From Brevibacillus humidisoli (GTDB taxonomy: Bacteria > Bacillota > Bacilli > Brevibacillales > Brevibacillaceae): a DNA stretch of 64,000 bases. The notes beneath the pieces are model-generated. The model was given only the letters and a program-made list of their open reading frames with translations. It was not told where the DNA came from and ran no database searches. The stretch covers positions 885,970-949,969 of the forward strand of contig NZ_CP087263.1 in NCBI RefSeq assembly GCF_020923435.1, in the 5' to 3' direction. The position numbers and the translations under genes are program-made. Position 1 is the stretch's first letter; every line of letters begins with the position of its first letter. This document shows, piece after piece, positions 37,570 through 48,131 of the stretch.

Positions 37570-38313
37570 ATGGGAGTAAAAGAACTCATGCATATGACGC
37601 GGGATGAGGTTGCGGCAGCCGTTCAGGAATTCCCTGTTGCCGTATTGCCGCTCGGCGCAACAGAACAGCACGGTCATCATCTCCCTTTAGGTGTCGATAT
37701 CTTTTTGGCGGAGGGGATTTCCCGCAAAGTGTGCGAGCAAACCGGCGCTTTGCTGCTTCCAACGATGCCGTTCGGCTACTCCTGGGTATGGCGGGATATT
37801 CCCGGTACCGTATCACTTCGACAAGAGCATGTGGAGATGGTGATCAAAGACGTAGCCCACAGCGTCTCTCGCTACGGAATCAAGCTGTTGGTTTTAGTCA
37901 ATGGACATGATGCCAACAACTCGTCCATGAAGTACGCGGCGCGCGAATTGATGGACGAGCTGGAGATGCCCGTTGTGTACCTGTTTTATCCGGGGATGGA
38001 GCGAATGTTGGACGAGGTTTGCCAGTCCCCCACCTGGCATGGAATGATCCATGCCTGTGAATTTGAGACCTCGCTGATGCTGGCGTTAAAACCGGAATGG
38101 GTGCAGATGGAGAAGGCGGTTCGCGAATATCCGGAGAAACCTGCGCTCTACGGAAAATCGACGATCTCGCTGGGCAGCATGAGCAAAAGCGGTGTCTACG
38201 GCGATGCGACCTTGGCCACGAGAGAAAAAGGAGAGAAAATGCTCCAGTATTTTGTGGAGGAGATGTCTGCTCTGGTGCGGGAGGCTTACCGTGAGACGCT
38301 GAAAAACAGGTAG
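37570..38313 (+). CDS. creatininase family amidohydrolase
   Basis: 247 aa. Creatininase-family metal-binding signature (PLGATEQHGHHLPLGVD, FGYSW, NGHDAN, HACEFETS). Confidence 0.75.
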   Translation: MGVKELMHMTRDEVAAAVQEFPVAVLPLGATEQHGHHLPLGVDIFLAEGISRKVCEQTGALLLPTMPFGYSWVWRDIPGTVSLRQEHVEMVIKDVAHSVSRYGIKLLVLVNGHDANNSSMKYAARELMDELEMPVVYLFYPGMERMLDEVCQSPTWHGMIHACEFETSLMLALKPEWVQMEKAVREYPEKPALYGKSTISLGSMSKSGVYGDATLATREKGEKMLQYFVEEMSALVREAYRETLKNR

Positions 38314-38706
38314 GGGCATTAGACCCTGGTGTTACCAACAACTGGTTACGATCACTCAAACTAACGAGCCTTTGAAGCGATTCAAGGGCTCGTTTTGCAT
38401 TGATTTGGATTTACCGGATGGTTGCTCTTCTGTTGCAATCTATCAACAGGTCGTTTACAGCGGATGATGTGTCGTAGTACACACCAAGCAGGGAGAGCCA
38501 TGCTTTTTCTTTTTGCTAGAGGAGATAGGCGCAGGCTGTTGGGAGGCAGAACCAGTTTAGTAGCGGGAATCGAAAGAACGCATTGAAAATTTTATACAGT
38601 AAATACATAATAATGAAGAGGGATGCGCTATCTATGTTGTATGCAAAGACTTCTCGTCCCAACTTGCTATATGATCGGCATATATTCATGAAGTGAGGAG
38701 GCTTGC

Positions 38707-39477
38707 GTGTTGCACCTGTCAAAGGAATTTTCCTGGTTTGTGAGTCAGCAGTCGAAACAGCCGCCCAAGCTTCGGCTCTTCTGTTTCCCCTATGCCGGGG
38801 GTGGAAGTGCTGTATATCAGGGGTGGCAGGAAGAATTGCCACCCGAGATCCAATTGCTTGCTGCCCAGCTGCCGGGACGTGAAAAACGCTTCACCGAACC
38901 AGCTTGTCATTCGCTAGACGAGTTGATCGCAGGTCTGTCAAAAGCGATCATTCCCTATCTCGACACACCCGTTGCCTTCTTCGGACACAGCATGGGAGCA
39001 CTCATCGCCTATGAGCTGGCTCGTGAACTAGCAGAGAGATACGACACGCATCCCGTGCATCTTTTCGTTTCTGCGAAAGCAGCTCCCCAGATCGCGCAGA
39101 CAGAGCCACCGGTCTACAATCTCCCCCATCAAGCATTTATACAGAAGCTCTACACCCTGAACGGAACCCCAAAAGAAGTACTTGAAAATCAGGAATTGAT
39201 GGAACTGTACGAACCAATCTTGCGGGCAGACTTTGAAGTGTGCGACACCTATTGTTTTCGTCCGGGATTACGCTTGGACTGCCCCATTTCAATCTTTGGC
39301 GGTTTGCAGGACGGGGAAATACCGGTGGCAGACTTGGCGGCCTGGGAAGAGTTGGTGGCCAGGTCGGGCACTGTCCGCATGTATGAGGGAGACCATTTTT
39401 TCCTTCATAAACGGTATAAAGAGATCGTGCAGATGATCGTGAAAGATCTTTCAGTAAGCATAGGTGTGAGACGATGA
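38707..39477 (+). CDS. type II thioesterase (alpha/beta hydrolase, editing TE of PKS/NRPS pathways)
   Basis: 256 aa. GHSMGALIAYELAREL nucleophile elbow. C-terminal GDHFF. N-terminal LFCFPYAGGGS, as in SrfAD/GrsT-type TEII. GTG start after GAGGAGG. Confidence 0.85.
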   Translation: MLHLSKEFSWFVSQQSKQPPKLRLFCFPYAGGGSAVYQGWQEELPPEIQLLAAQLPGREKRFTEPACHSLDELIAGLSKAIIPYLDTPVAFFGHSMGALIAYELARELAERYDTHPVHLFVSAKAAPQIAQTEPPVYNLPHQAFIQKLYTLNGTPKEVLENQELMELYEPILRADFEVCDTYCFRPGLRLDCPISIFGGLQDGEIPVADLAAWEELVARSGTVRMYEGDHFFLHKRYKEIVQMIVKDLSVSIGVRR

Positions 39478-39900
39478 AGGAGCGGATCGGAATCAGTACG
39501 GAGATGAAGATGCAGCCGTGATGACTCCGGAGCTGGCCCTATGAATCAAAGAAGCAGAATGCAAAGGATTTCGATCTCGTCTCACAGCAAGTTGCGTGAG
39601 TGGAGTGAATCGGATGGTTCTTTTTGTCACTACCATTTCTTACTTGGGGGTGTGTTTATGCCCCCATGTAGACGATTGACAACGGACTTACCCTCACGTC
39701 AAACCACTATTGTTCGGCAAGCGGCACAATGCTGCGCAGAAATACAGACATCCAACGATTTCTAGAAGTAGTATTGAATTCACCTTTTAGAAGATACGGG
39801 AGAATCCAACTCAAGAAAGGTAGGTGAACCTAAAACCTAAAAGAGATTTCCGAACGTACGTTTGATAAGATATGGAAAAGAAAAGCCCCATACAGGGCCA

Positions 39901-40971
39901 CTAAATAAATTTTTTGGTTACTTCGATGAGTTTATCTTTATGGTTCTGTATATCCGAAACCCGATCAATACTTACGGTACTTTTGCTGTCATCATTAAAC
40001 TGGATATATTTGTTGGATCCACTCAAACCTAACCGACAGATCCACTTTCGGATGTTATTATCCAGCAGTACATTAAAGTAACTAAGATTATCTCTATAAA
40101 ACACCCGTTCCGGTTCAACATTGTCCTTTAACAACAACTTTACCGTAACATAACCCTCGATTTCCTCTTCCGTGGTAACAATTTGTGGTTCGTTCTTGAT
40201 TTCCTCGTTGTCGTTCGATGAATCTTCTTCGCTTACTGAGTCGGGTTCTGTGTTCGCAAGGGCGGCTTTAAGCTTGTCGTTAAGCATATCGCTAACAAAC
40301 TGTTTGAGTGACTTTTTGACTACTCCATTAAACTTCTCTAACACCTGCTTTGTTTTCTTGCCGGGATAGATATCAGATAGGATAAAAGAAACGAAATCAT
40401 CAGTTGGGTTTTCCCACTGTTTTGCTAGAAACTGCTTGATTTCGCTGGTATACTTAAGCTCCGATGCGGTGGTCAAGATGTTTTCAATATCAAAGTTTTC
40501 TTTCCGGAACTTGTATAGTTCATTGATCTGATTCTCTCGAATCTCTAACAAGTTAAACTCGAAAAACGGCGTTTTATCCATTTTATTTTGTTCTTCCAAA
40601 TCTGTATAAAAACGATAATGTATTCCGTTCGTTAGGATGGCAAACTTTGCCTTGGTTGTTCCAAAATACCGAAATAATTGCGAATCATGCTTATTAATTG
40701 TCTCGTTTATTGATTTCGCTTCGACTAGGATGACGGGTTCACCGTCTCTCAAGATTGCGTAATCGACTTTCTCCCCTTTCTTAATTCCCACATCAGCTAC
40801 ATACTCAGGCAAAAATTCTTCTGGATTGAAAATATCGTAGTTTAAAGCTTGAAAAAAGGGCATGATAATAGAAGTCTTAGTAGCTTCTTCTGTGGCTATG
40901 TTGTTTTTAATCTTCTGGACCCGTTTAGATAACGTCTTGATTACTTCAGGGAAATTACCCACATTGAACAC
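39901..40971 (-). CDS. PD-(D/E)xK nuclease, type I restriction enzyme HsdR N-terminal domain-like stand-alone protein
   Basis: N-terminus ATEEATKTSIIMPFFQALNYD...VDYAILRDGEPVILVEAKS (D...E.K motif), as at the start of HsdR / Mrr-like nucleases. Acidic Ser/Glu/Asp-rich middle. Lies in a low-GC stretch. Confidence 0.5.
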   Translation of the reverse strand: MFNVGNFPEVIKTLSKRVQKIKNNIATEEATKTSIIMPFFQALNYDIFNPEEFLPEYVADVGIKKGEKVDYAILRDGEPVILVEAKSINETINKHDSQLFRYFGTTKAKFAILTNGIHYRFYTDLEEQNKMDKTPFFEFNLLEIRENQINELYKFRKENFDIENILTTASELKYTSEIKQFLAKQWENPTDDFVSFILSDIYPGKKTKQVLEKFNGVVKKSLKQFVSDMLNDKLKAALANTEPDSVSEEDSSNDNEEIKNEPQIVTTEEEIEGYVTVKLLLKDNVEPERVFYRDNLSYFNVLLDNNIRKWICRLGLSGSNKYIQFNDDSKSTVSIDRVSDIQNHKDKLIEVTKKFI

Positions 40972-41284
40972 CCCTTCTGTTATTTATGTTACTGGCTGTC
41001 CTTACGGGTTCGATCAAGCCAGCATGTTCCTCTTATATTCAGTACGCCTCTTTCAGGAGCGCCGATGCAAGTTTTAAGATTGAACCGCCAAATGATAGAC
41101 AAGATTTTTTGTTCAAATACACACATTACCAACTTTATGATAACAGTTTTTACATCATGCCTGAAGCAATATTTTATGAGACAGGTGAGTAAATCAGCAC
41201 CTAAACAGGTGTATTTTTCATTAAAAAGAACCACTCTAGGCGGTTCTTTATTCGAGTTTACGAATCTCCATATCTCAGGTGCAA

Positions 41285-41815
41285 CTAATTCGTTTTTGAG
41301 AGGATCTCAATCCCTACGTCAATATGTTTCTCTTTCCCCATGAAGTTCACCAAGATATTGGCCCTGTTTTTCCGTTTGTCTACCTTGTTGATGATGCCTT
41401 CCAACCCCTGTAGGGGGCCGGATGTAATGATTACCTGTGATTTTTCAAGATAAACCCTTGAATAGTCGACGATCTCGCCATCACCGAGGAGTTGCAGGAT
41501 CGTCGCCATTTCTTGTTCATCAATTTTTCGATAATATGTTTCACTTGTATGAGAATATGCCTGGTTATGAACCACATAGTAGACTTTTGGAAGTTTTCTG
41601 ATTTTATAGAAAACAGCAGGATTCATGTTGGTTTTAATAAGCACGTAACCTGGGAACATTTTCCTTGCAACGTGATGAACCCTGCCTGCTTTTCGTTCAG
41701 GAAGCCTTCTTTTCGGCACGATCGAATATAGCGAGGGTTCATCGAAGTGCAGTCGGAGAAGTTTTTGAACCGTCTCTTCTTTACCGGTCTGGACAAACAG
41801 TGCATACCAATCCAT
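41285..41815 (-). CDS. loaP: NusG-family paralog (NGN + KOW domains), LoaP-like processive antiterminator associated with PKS clusters
   Basis: MDWYALFVQTGKEETVQKL (NGN start) ... ITSGPLQGLEGIINKVDKRKNRANILVNFMGKEKHIDV (KOW). 177 aa from ATG 41815. Sits in the low-GC island directly upstream of the trans-AT PKS genes. Confidence 0.65.
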   Translation of the reverse strand: MDWYALFVQTGKEETVQKLLRLHFDEPSLYSIVPKRRLPERKAGRVHHVARKMFPGYVLIKTNMNPAVFYKIRKLPKVYYVVHNQAYSHTSETYYRKIDEQEMATILQLLGDGEIVDYSRVYLEKSQVIITSGPLQGLEGIINKVDKRKNRANILVNFMGKEKHIDVGIEILSKTN

Positions 41816-42353
41816 GATTACGGTATCCCTCCCAGTTAGGAAATTTGCAAGTTTCCGACTTCCAACCAACCTGTTGAGGACCCCTAAGCGTATCCAGAAG
41901 CAAGAGTTATTACTAAATGATGGTGTTTTGTTGTCATTGTACATATTGACGTTTGCAAAATGTGTCGAAATATGTTGATTTTTTAAAAAATATCGATTAT
42001 TGACAAATTGTAAATAATGGAGTTATCATTGTATTCGCCAACGCTTGTTATAGATTGTGATTACCTCTAAATTGAGGTAGGAATAGGAATCCATCTCAAA
42101 TGAAATGTGTGAGTAGTACAATCCTTAAGTAAATCCAATTGATGTTTCGGCTCATTGGAAGCGCTTAACGGATCATACAAAACAGGTTCGGTAGTCTGTA
42201 TGCTTGCAGATGACATGGGAAGGGTATGTTCGGAGGCGTTTTTCATTTTATATAATCTTCGTTCAGGCGCTGCATGGCCTCGGTGTTTAGCCGAGGTTTT
42301 TTTATACTTGGAAGGTAAGGTTCGGAAGAGATCATATTCTGAGGAGGCCCTAT

Positions 42354-43145
42354 ATGACGATGATCACGAAACGTTTGCCTGAAACGTCGCTTGCTGAATT
42401 GGTTTTTACAGGAACAGATATGACGTATAGGGGATCAATGTGCGTATGTTATGCCCCTTCCCTTGCTTCGTATTTTGAGACCGTGACATTCCTTCATCCA
42501 AAAGAGCTGGAGTATTATTGCACGCTTACTTATGAGCGGCGAGCGAAAAGCTACCTGGCCGGTAGATATGCGGCTAAACGATCCGTTTCGTTCTTTACGC
42601 GAGAAGAACATCTTGATCAGGTCTTAATTGAACAGGGGATTCTGCAACAGCCAATAGTAGTCCACCCCAATCGTCTCAATGCTCAAGTGAGTATCACCCA
42701 TTGCGATGATCTCGCAGCCGCCGTTTCTTTTCCGGAAGCACTCCCTCTGGGAATTGATATAGAAAGAATAAGGACCGATCATACAGAGGTGTTGGAAACA
42801 CAAATGACTGATAGAGAAAAAGAGTTGATCAAACGGCTGCCTTATTCCATCGAAACAACACTTACTATTTTATGGACGGCCAAGGAAGCGCTGTCTAAAA
42901 TCCTCAGAACGGGTCTAACAACGCCCTTTACACTGTTTGAAATCAGTGCAATGGATGTATTGAACAGTAGTACCCGCAGCTATTTCACTTCGTTTCCTCA
43001 GTATTATACCGATTCATATCTCTTTGATCATTATGTATGTTCGATCACATACCCGAAAAAAACATCGTTGGCTGTGGATGCTGTGGGCCGGTTGCTCGCC
43101 GATATCGAACGGATCATCGCCAGAAAAGCGATGATGCCTGTGTAA
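42354..43145 (+). CDS. Sfp-type 4'-phosphopantetheinyl transferase
   Basis: PPTase motifs GIDIERI and WTAKEALSKIL. RBS GAGGAGG 6 nt before ATG. Confidence 0.8.
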   Translation: MTMITKRLPETSLAELVFTGTDMTYRGSMCVCYAPSLASYFETVTFLHPKELEYYCTLTYERRAKSYLAGRYAAKRSVSFFTREEHLDQVLIEQGILQQPIVVHPNRLNAQVSITHCDDLAAAVSFPEALPLGIDIERIRTDHTEVLETQMTDREKELIKRLPYSIETTLTILWTAKEALSKILRTGLTTPFTLFEISAMDVLNSSTRSYFTSFPQYYTDSYLFDHYVCSITYPKKTSLAVDAVGRLLADIERIIARKAMMPV

Positions 43146-43300
43146 GCGCGACAGGGATGGTACAGAAACGGATGTGTGTATTCTTCCTAACAATACAGCA
43201 TCTGTCCGATTGCTCATGAAATCATCGAGTAATCGGATTTTCTATTTCTAGCGGAAAGACGGCGTTTGATCGCCTCCTATATACCCATCCTGCTATCTTT

Positions 43301-46300
43301 ATGGTTCAGTATGCGTTAGCGCAGCTATTGCTGGCTAGTGGCATCCGGCCAGATTATGTCCTGGGGACCAGTATGGGGGAGTTTGTTTCGGCGGCGGTTG
43401 CCGAGATCATGAGTGCAGAAGAATTATTAGAAATGCTCCTTCAACAAGCCATCCTGATAGAAGGTCATTGTCAAAAAGGAGCGATGGCAGCCGTTCTCCA
43501 CAATCCTTCTTTATATGAGGAAGAACCTTTTTTGCACGAAGCGAGTGATTTGGTGTCAGTGAATGGAGATTCACACTTTGTCATTTCGGGAGAGAGCGAG
43601 CCATTACGAAACATTGGGCAATTTTTAAAAGGCAAGGGGATCGCCTCTCAAACTTTACCGGTCTCCTATGCTTTTCATTCCTCACGAATCGATCCAGCCG
43701 AGCAGCATTACAGGGAGTATCTGCAGGGAAAGCAGTTCAAGCGGCCGACCATTCCTTTTGTATCTGGCCTCTACGGTGAGATCTTGGAGGAACTCCCAAG
43801 GGATTACTTCTGGGATGTAGTCCGAAAGCCGATCCAGTTTTCAAAAGCGGTCCAGGCACTGGAGCGAAACCAGCATCATACGTATCTGGATTTAGGTCCG
43901 GCGGGAACGCTTGCCAATGGTGTAAAACGAATCACAAGCCTAGGGTCCGATTCCGCAGCACATGCGATCCTGTCTCCGTTCCATCAGGATCAAAAGCATT
44001 TGCAACAGGTAAAGGACGTATGTTCGAAGAACCGGCTCAAACCGAGCAGAAAGGCAAGTAGAAAGATGACCACATATCTGTTCCCGGGGCAGGGCTCCCA
44101 ACATAAAGGAATGGGAGGGGATCTCTTTGATCAGTTTACGGAACTGACGGTTAAAGCGGACGAGCTCTTGGGTTACTCCATCAAGGAATTGTGTTTGGAT
44201 GACCCCAATCAGCAGTTAGGCAAAACCCAATATACCCAACCTGCTCTATATGTGGTCAATGCCCTTACCTATCTGAAAACAATCAAGGAAACAGGAAAAA
44301 AACCAGACTATGTTGCCGGGCATAGTTTGGGGGAATACAACGCTTTGTTTGCTGCAGGTGCGTTTGATTTCGAGACGGGGTTGCGATTGGTGATAAGAAG
44401 AGGAGAACTGATGAGCCATGCGACGGGCGGAGGTATGGCTGCCGTGATCGGCCTTAGCGGGGAGCAGGTGAACCGCGTTTTAGTGGAAAATGGGCTGAGC
44501 GGCATCGATATCGCCAACCACAATGCCCCCTCGCAGATCGTCATTGCCGGGCAAAAAGACGATATTGTTCATGCGAAGCCGTTCTTCGAGGCGGCAGGAG
44601 CCGCCATGTACATTCCGCTAAACGTGAGTGGAGCTTTTCATTCCCGGTATATGAGCGATGCAGAAAAACATTTTGCAGAATATGTAGACAGCTTTACATT
44701 TTCTCCTCTCACGATCCCCGTTATCGCAAACATTTCGGCCAAACCCTATAAACAGGCCGACATACCCCAATATTTGATCCAACAAATCACCAACCCTGTC
44801 AAATGGACGGATAGCATCAGGTATCTGATGGGCCTTGGCGAGATGGAGTTTATAGAAATCGGGCCCAGAAACGTGCTGACCAAGTTGGTCGATACCATCC
44901 GAAAAGAAGCCGAACCACTGGTCGTTACCGATGCGGAAAACGTGGACGTAGAAGACGAAAAGCGAGTAGAGGGAGAACGAGAACTTACCGGCGCCTCGCT
45001 TGGAGACGAACAGTTTAAAAAGGACTATAACCTGACCTATGCGTATGTGGCAGGAGCGATGTACAAGGGAATCGCTTCCGAAAGAATGGTGGTTAAGCTC
45101 GGGAAAGCAGGCATGCTGGGATTTTACGGCACGGCCGGCATGAGTGCAGAGCGGATTGAGAGAGCGATCCGATCGATCCAACGGGAACTGAAAAACGGAG
45201 AAGCATATGGAATGAATCTGACTCACAACCCTACCCACCCACAACTGGAAGAAGAACTGATAGACCTCTTTCTGACCCACGATGTGAGGATCATCGAGGC
45301 GTCAGCATTTATGGAGATTACCCCTGCGTTGATCCGCTATCGCGCTCAGGGATTGAGCAGGGGTGTTGGGATGGCTGCGCTACGCAACCGGATCATTGCA
45401 AAAATATCACGACCTGAGGCAGCTGAAGCCTTTTTAAGCCCGGCACCTAAGCATATAGTCGAAAAAATGGTAGGGAAGGATCAGCTCAAGCTGGATGAAG
45501 CGGAATGGCTGCGCACAGTTCCTATGGCCGATGATGTCATCGTAGAGGCGGATTCCGGCTGGCACACGGAACAAGCCTCCCCCTATGCGCTGATACCGGC
45601 GATCATCAAACTGCGGGACGAGATGATGAGAAAGTATGGGTACTCCAAGAAGATCAGGATCGGAGCAGCAGGTGGAATCGGAACGCCAGAAGCGGCCGTT
45701 GCCGCTCTGATGCTGGGTGCTGATTTCTTAGTAACGGGTTCTATCAATCAATGCACGGTTGAGGCGGATACCAGCGATGCAGTCAAAGACTTGCTGGAGC
45801 AGGCCAAAGTGCAGGACACCTGTTATGCGCCAGACGCTGAGTTGTTTGAATTGGGAGCCAAGGTTCAGGTGCTGAGAAAAGGCGTATTTTTTCCCGCACG
45901 AGCAAATAAATTGTACGATCTTTACCGGCAATACAACACGCTGGACGAAATCGACGAAAATACGAAAAAGACAATAGAGGAAAAATATTTACATCGGCGT
46001 TTTGAAGAGGCCTATGAGGAACTGAAAGCCTCCCTGCCATCGCTGGAAATCGAAAGGGCGGAACGAAATCCCAAACAGAAGATGGCCTTGCTGTTCAAAT
46101 GGTATTTTAATTACGCTACCCGTTTGGCGATGGATGGCAGTCCCAGGCATCAGGTGAATTATCAGATTCACTGCGGTCCCGCGCTAGGTGCGTTTAATCA
46201 ATGGGTAAAGGGAACTTCTCTGGAGCATTGGAGAAACCGGCATGTCGATCAGATTGCTGAAAAGCTGATGAATGAGACTGCGCAATTGATGAACCAGCGT

Positions 46301-46363
46301 TTCCTGTCTGTCTACAAGGATAAAGCTTCCGGGAAGACTGCGATGGGGGTGACTGCGATATGA
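43301..46363 (+). CDS. trans-AT PKS tri-domain protein: N-truncated AT/acyl-hydrolase-like domain (GTSMGE), malonyl-CoA:ACP transacylase (GHSLGE), FMN-dependent trans-enoyl reductase (PksE-like)
   Basis: Domain 1 begins mid-domain (..THPAIFMVQYALAQLLLASGIRPDYVLGTSMGEF), with in-frame stops only 84 nt upstream and no FPGQGSQ segment. Domain 2 is complete (LFPGQGSQHKGMG...GHSLGEY...GAFHS). Domain 3 is nitronate-monooxygenase/PfaD-like (AYVAGAMYKGIASERMVVKLGKAGMLGFYGTAG...). Confidence 0.85.
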   Translation: MVQYALAQLLLASGIRPDYVLGTSMGEFVSAAVAEIMSAEELLEMLLQQAILIEGHCQKGAMAAVLHNPSLYEEEPFLHEASDLVSVNGDSHFVISGESEPLRNIGQFLKGKGIASQTLPVSYAFHSSRIDPAEQHYREYLQGKQFKRPTIPFVSGLYGEILEELPRDYFWDVVRKPIQFSKAVQALERNQHHTYLDLGPAGTLANGVKRITSLGSDSAAHAILSPFHQDQKHLQQVKDVCSKNRLKPSRKASRKMTTYLFPGQGSQHKGMGGDLFDQFTELTVKADELLGYSIKELCLDDPNQQLGKTQYTQPALYVVNALTYLKTIKETGKKPDYVAGHSLGEYNALFAAGAFDFETGLRLVIRRGELMSHATGGGMAAVIGLSGEQVNRVLVENGLSGIDIANHNAPSQIVIAGQKDDIVHAKPFFEAAGAAMYIPLNVSGAFHSRYMSDAEKHFAEYVDSFTFSPLTIPVIANISAKPYKQADIPQYLIQQITNPVKWTDSIRYLMGLGEMEFIEIGPRNVLTKLVDTIRKEAEPLVVTDAENVDVEDEKRVEGERELTGASLGDEQFKKDYNLTYAYVAGAMYKGIASERMVVKLGKAGMLGFYGTAGMSAERIERAIRSIQRELKNGEAYGMNLTHNPTHPQLEEELIDLFLTHDVRIIEASAFMEITPALIRYRAQGLSRGVGMAALRNRIIAKISRPEAAEAFLSPAPKHIVEKMVGKDQLKLDEAEWLRTVPMADDVIVEADSGWHTEQASPYALIPAIIKLRDEMMRKYGYSKKIRIGAAGGIGTPEAAVAALMLGADFLVTGSINQCTVEADTSDAVKDLLEQAKVQDTCYAPDAELFELGAKVQVLRKGVFFPARANKLYDLYRQYNTLDEIDENTKKTIEEKYLHRRFEEAYEELKASLPSLEIERAERNPKQKMALLFKWYFNYATRLAMDGSPRHQVNYQIHCGPALGAFNQWVKGTSLEHWRNRHVDQIAEKLMNETAQLMNQRFLSVYKDKASGKTAMGVTAI

Positions 46364-48112
46364 GATTGGAATTGGCGGCATACCCATCCACAATCCAATT
46401 CACATACTCTCCCCTGCTTTTCGTTCATGGGTCGTTCCATGGGGCGTGGTGCTGGAAGGAACAGTTTCTCCCCTATTTTTCTGCAAAAGGTTTCCCCTCC
46501 TACGCGCTTAGTTTCCGGGGACACGGGGAAAGCGAGAGCATGGAACAGCTTCAAACATGTTCCTTGCGTGACTATGTGGACGACGTACTGCAAGCGATAC
46601 AGCTCATCCAGAACAAACCCGTTTTGATCGGCCATTCTATGGGAGCGGCCGTGGTTCAAAAGATCCTTCATCTGCATCCGGACAAAATCAAAGCGGCTGT
46701 TCTGATGTCCCCCGTTCCACCGAATGGGATGTGGAAAGACGTGCTGCGGTTACCATGGGGAGGGGGTCTCTACCCTACTTCAGTTGACCAAAGTATTGCT
46801 GCAGTTTCAATCAAAAATGCTGCTCCCACTCCTGGAGGGAGAGGAAACAAACCCCCATATCAGGATCGAAAACTCTCCTTTTTACTTTCAAACAACCACT
46901 CAGAAGTGGGAACCACCTGCGATCACAATCAATCACCAATCGTTCCCTCTACCGCGGCGGGCTACGGTATCGTCTTTTGGTGCGGGCGGCAGCCTTGGTC
47001 ACCTGATCCTGGAGGAACACGTACCAGACCATTTTGAAAAGCAAACCCTTGACACTTACTATATCCCCCTATCTGCCAGAACCTCCGATCAACTACGACG
47101 GACGATCAAGGCATACATTCAATTTTTTACGCAGTAACGGCGGTTTTTTGCGAAAGGAGGGGACCACACACTCTTCCCTATCATGTTTACGCTTTGTACG
47201 GGACGAACAGCCTTTTCAGAACGGGTAGTCTTTATCGTGGATCGGCTTGAAACGTTGGTGGAACATTTCCATCGCTATCTAAGGGGCGAACGTCACCCGG
47301 ATATTATTGCAAAAGATGCGACGAGCCCGCTCCCAGCAGCAAGCGATCAGGATCAGGCGCGAATCCAAAGCTGTCTCGAAAAACAGGCATGGCATGATAT
47401 CGCCAAACAATGGGTTCATGGAATCGATATTTCTTGGGAATCGTTCTTTCACCCATTTCATGTCCGGCGAATCCCTTTGCCAACCTATTGTTTTGAACAA
47501 CAATCGTTTCCGATCCCCAAACCGGCATCGCCTATACTGGATCACAACCACTCGATGACAAAAACGAGGACGGTAATCGGTGATTTGGCCCAAATGCCTA
47601 GAGACGTAGACGGACTTGACACGGCACATGGCACCACTTCTATGGCAGGCAATGGCAACCGGCAATCCGATCATGTTGTCCAAACAGGTCATGCAGTGGA
47701 CGGGCTGTTCCGGGACGTATTTGCGAAGATCATCAACATTCCAGCCGATCACATCGAGCTGTCTGCGCCACTGGACCAATACGGCTTTGACTCGACGATG
47801 GTTATTTCCGTTGCCAACGAACTGGAAAACTACTTTGGTACGGTACCGAAAACACTCTTTTTTGAGTGTCAGACGATCCAAGAGGTAATCGATTATTTTG
47901 TCCAGGAATATCGGGATAAGATCCCGATGATCATGCGGGAAAAAGATAGGGATCCAGTCAATCACCCGCTTCGCTCTGCTGTTGCGCAGTCCGCACGAAG
48001 CGAGGGACAGGATCAACGGGAGCAAGCTGATGACGAAGATATGATTGAAGATCTTACCCAGGCCATCTTATCCGATCGAATCTCTGCAGAAATGATCCTG
48101 AAAAAACTGTAG
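46360..48112 (+). pseudogene. relic PKS module: alpha/beta-hydrolase N-terminal fragment fused to a KS C-terminal fragment, then an in-frame TAA, post-KS linker and ACP
   Basis: 46360-~46750: hydrolase fragment (HGSFHGAWCW...GHSMGAAV...LMSPVPPNG) lacking the Asp/His half. From about 46724 in another frame: KS C-terminal part from the second-His region (GYHGEGVSTLLQLTKVLLQ...SPFYFQ...PRRATVSSFGAGGS.GHLILEE). TAA at 47135-47137 interrupts the LSARTSDQLRRTIKAYIQFF-TQ linker in frame. Then MFTLCTGRTAF...LPTYCFEQQ and an ACP (YGFDSTMVISVANELE). Confidence 0.6.
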
Positions 48113-48131
48113 ACAGAAAGGTGGATAACCC

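Noticed and set aside
39478-39530. 16-codon ORF (MKERIGISTEMKMQP) right after the TEII gene, considered as a leader peptide
   Set aside because: No RBS, no downstream attenuator structure, and no obvious regulated gene following on that strand.
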